Shown here one piece after another: positions 61,305 to 64,000 of a DNA stretch of 64,000 nucleotides (its first letter is position 1; each line of letters starts with the position of its first letter). The stretch comes from Phoronis australis. Lineage: Eukaryota; Animalia; Phoronida. A model generated the notes under the pieces. It was not told the DNA's origin and did not search any database. It saw nothing but the letters and a program-made list of their open reading frames with translations. The stretch covers positions 1 through 64,000 of the forward strand of contig NMRA01001012.1 in the NCBI GenBank assembly GCA_002633005.1, in the 5' to 3' direction. A program made the translations under genes and the position numbers.

Positions 61305-64000
61305 GTAAGTTTTTTATAACAACCCAAGTTGTATGGTTACACGTTCATTATTTCATGCTACATGAGTGGGACATTGGCTTTGTTACAAATGTTGCTAAGC
61401 AAATGGAGAATTTTTGAACAAATCAACCAATAAATGTAATTCATTTTCCCCCACTCATTTGGTGTGAGAAAAAAGCTGGTGGTACTCCAATCTTTTTCCA
61501 GCAGATAAGTATCCTAACTCAAGTTGAACAGATACTATACACACTTTCGACGTGAGTGCGCCCTTGCTAAATTAAACTTCAACTTGTCTACGGTTTGTTA
61601 AACTTCATCATTTGGTAACAATTTCCGGTTTGCATTAAATTTCGTTTCGCGAAGTTTTTATCTAAAGAGAGTGAAGATTTATCTTTAGTAAACGGTGCGG
61701 AAACCAATTAACGAAGCATTATTGAAGCCAGATCTCAATGACATTTTATCCATACAACGAACAAATATTGACATCAATTTAAAACGTGATAAATATAGTA
61801 CACCAATGATTGCTGGCATAGATTGACAGACTTTAAACAACACAGACACTATAATATTAATATCGTTGTTGCGGTTTCAAAGCAACTAGCCACCATGAAC
61901 TACAGCTTGAAATCTATAAGTTCATGTACTAGTAGGGTGCGTTCCGTAAACCAAGTTTTAGTGAGAGAAGCGAAATCACGCAAGGTCACGCAAAATTAAG
62001 CAACTGGAAGGCGAGTGCTCCTTCAATGTGCTCGATGCCTTACTATCGCGTTGCGGTAAAATGGCGGCTACTGAAGAGGTGAGTCAGTGAGGTTGAAATT
62101 TTGAGTTATGGACCAGAGTAGCCTAATTATGGGATTGAATGCACCGTTTCAAATATATTAAAGCGAACTTTTCGCAGCAAATGCATGTCTTGAAATAAAG
62201 GAACACTAACTTCGCCTCACTACTGCCCAATTTACAGGTCATCACTTGCTCTTGACAATAGAATCGCCCCCGAAAGTTAAGTAAACCAGGGTCATACACG
62301 TAAACGAGCATCTCAGGAAGTTTTCAAAATGATAACTTGAAAGTTGCGTGAGTGTTGAACGATAACATAGCACATATGGCAACCACGAGAGGTAGTTACG
62401 CAATGCTTGTTAGTGCAACATATTTTCCATCGTTTTAATGACCAAAACATAGGAGGCATAACGGACAGGTAATATTGGTTTGAACCGTGGATGCCAACTT
62501 GATCATGCGTCCAATCAACTGTCATAGGAATACCTAAATTATTTACATGTAGATTACTGATACATTGCTGAGCAATGTGTGATTTCACAACAATGATTTT
62601 TAAAGCAATGTTGTGCCTCCTGGCTATATAGTCTTGCTTGTTCGATATGAAAGGACTCTTCGTATACGAACTCATCTATCGGTTCTATATTCATCACCAT
62701 CTCCACCTCAGTGTGGTGCTAGGAAGTGCCGATGTTATCATAAGACAAGCTGGACGCTGTACCTTCTGAGTAAACTTCTTAAAGTACAGTTTTTCAGTTT
62801 CACTGACCCAAGACACATATCGGTCTTATCATAGAAGTGCATATCCATTTCATGGTTTAAGGTTTTGCACCCCATGTTAGTTGCTTACATTGCATAAGTG
62901 CAATTGTTGCCTTATTGTTTATATGTCAAAGAAGCACCAGTCAAGCGAGACAATAAGGGTTCGACCAGAAGAAGAGGGGCCTAGCAAAGACCAGAGACTG
63001 TCGGAAACGAACTTCGGGGAAACAATACCAAAAGTCGGCAGTAGTTAACCACCGAGTTCCCAAAAGCGAGGAAAGAGCCAATGAAGTGTGCAGTTATAAC
63101 CTTTTACGAACGATAACACCAAAGCTGTGACCGAAAGAGGAGATACGCCAGCACGCAGAAGGTGAGAGACACATGCTGCGACACCATTGTGATTTGATCC
63201 AGTCAAGCCAAGCCAGGAAATATGACCTCCCGGAAGTGATTTAGTGAGTTGGCAGACTCAAATAAAGGAAGACTGTATTTTGCCAAAGGCAACTCAGGCA
63301 CACCTTACTCTACGGTATAAGTGTTTGCAGTGTGTAGGGAGCGCCCAATGGCCGATTTGATCATCAGGGACGTATTTGGCTCTTTGAACCCAGGAGATGT
63401 CGACCGAAAACTGACAGCGACCACCGTCAAAAAGGATGAGCTAGGCGATAGCCTTGTGGAAGGCCGGGTAGATGGTACTTCCCAAAAGGAGGATTCTGTG
63501 ACCTCAATCCCAGATCATTGAAGACAGATCCTGTAAAATCCAGCTCGGAAGCAGCAGGACTCAAGCACGTCGACAAAAAGGATTTGATTTAAGCCGTTTG
63601 CTGTATCTGAAACCATGTTAGAGGAAGTTACAGTAGTTCAAGGAAGCCCAGTGATAAGATTCATCCCCCAAATAGCTGTGAGATCTATCCCAAAAGAAGG
63701 CGGAGCGACAGACCAATAGCAAGAGGTCATACCTGATGGAGATATAGCAAGAGATAATCTATCGGCTGGTGATGAGGTGAAACAGGTTGCTCATTATGTG
63801 CAAGTTGTAGAAGCAATTCATGGAGCTTCCCGCGAGGATATAGTTAGAAGATATCTCAGGTTGAGCAAGACAACTTATTTGATCACCATTACTCTCTACT
63901 TGCCAGGAGGTTTTTTGTTTTTGTAATAGAAAGAAGTAGAAACTTATAAAATAAATGTAAAATATATTGACGGGAATTAAGAATGACGTCACAAAAGGAT

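Noticed and set aside
62930-63910. Decayed coding sequence on the minus strand (possibly DIRS or LINE)
   Set aside because: Composition suggests old coding DNA, but no diagnostic motif could be read.

Overview
AT-rich animal genomic DNA (marine invertebrate, mollusc-like by repeat content; inferred) with two assembly gaps. Two intron-containing host genes point away from each other, and the ORF track shows them only in pieces. On the minus strand is a VMO1 (vitelline membrane outer layer protein I, beta-prism) gene with exons at 8944-8730, 6117-5973 and 4928-4804; its first exon was not located. On the plus strand is a putative secreted protein with a signal peptide, a PAN/Apple-like domain and a CTHRC1 C-terminal-type domain but no visible collagen repeat (exons 32384-32755, ~43950/43961-44044, 50129-50327, 61149-61304, continuing downstream with no further exon found). 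Between them lies a ~20 kb pile of decayed retroelements: a near full-length APE-RT LINE carrying an LTR patch and a second, inverted LINE with an 8-bp TSD and a (TC)n tail, then Academ-like and CR1 fragments, a Mag-like Gypsy element and a BEL/Pao element. Introns and flanks hold non-autonomous or decayed DNA transposons (Tc1, Kolobok, ISL2EU-like, Harbinger-like, Academ, Helentron-like) and a Penelope-like inverted-repeat insertion with a hammerhead-like core. Family assignments come from motif recognition by eye; no database search was run.
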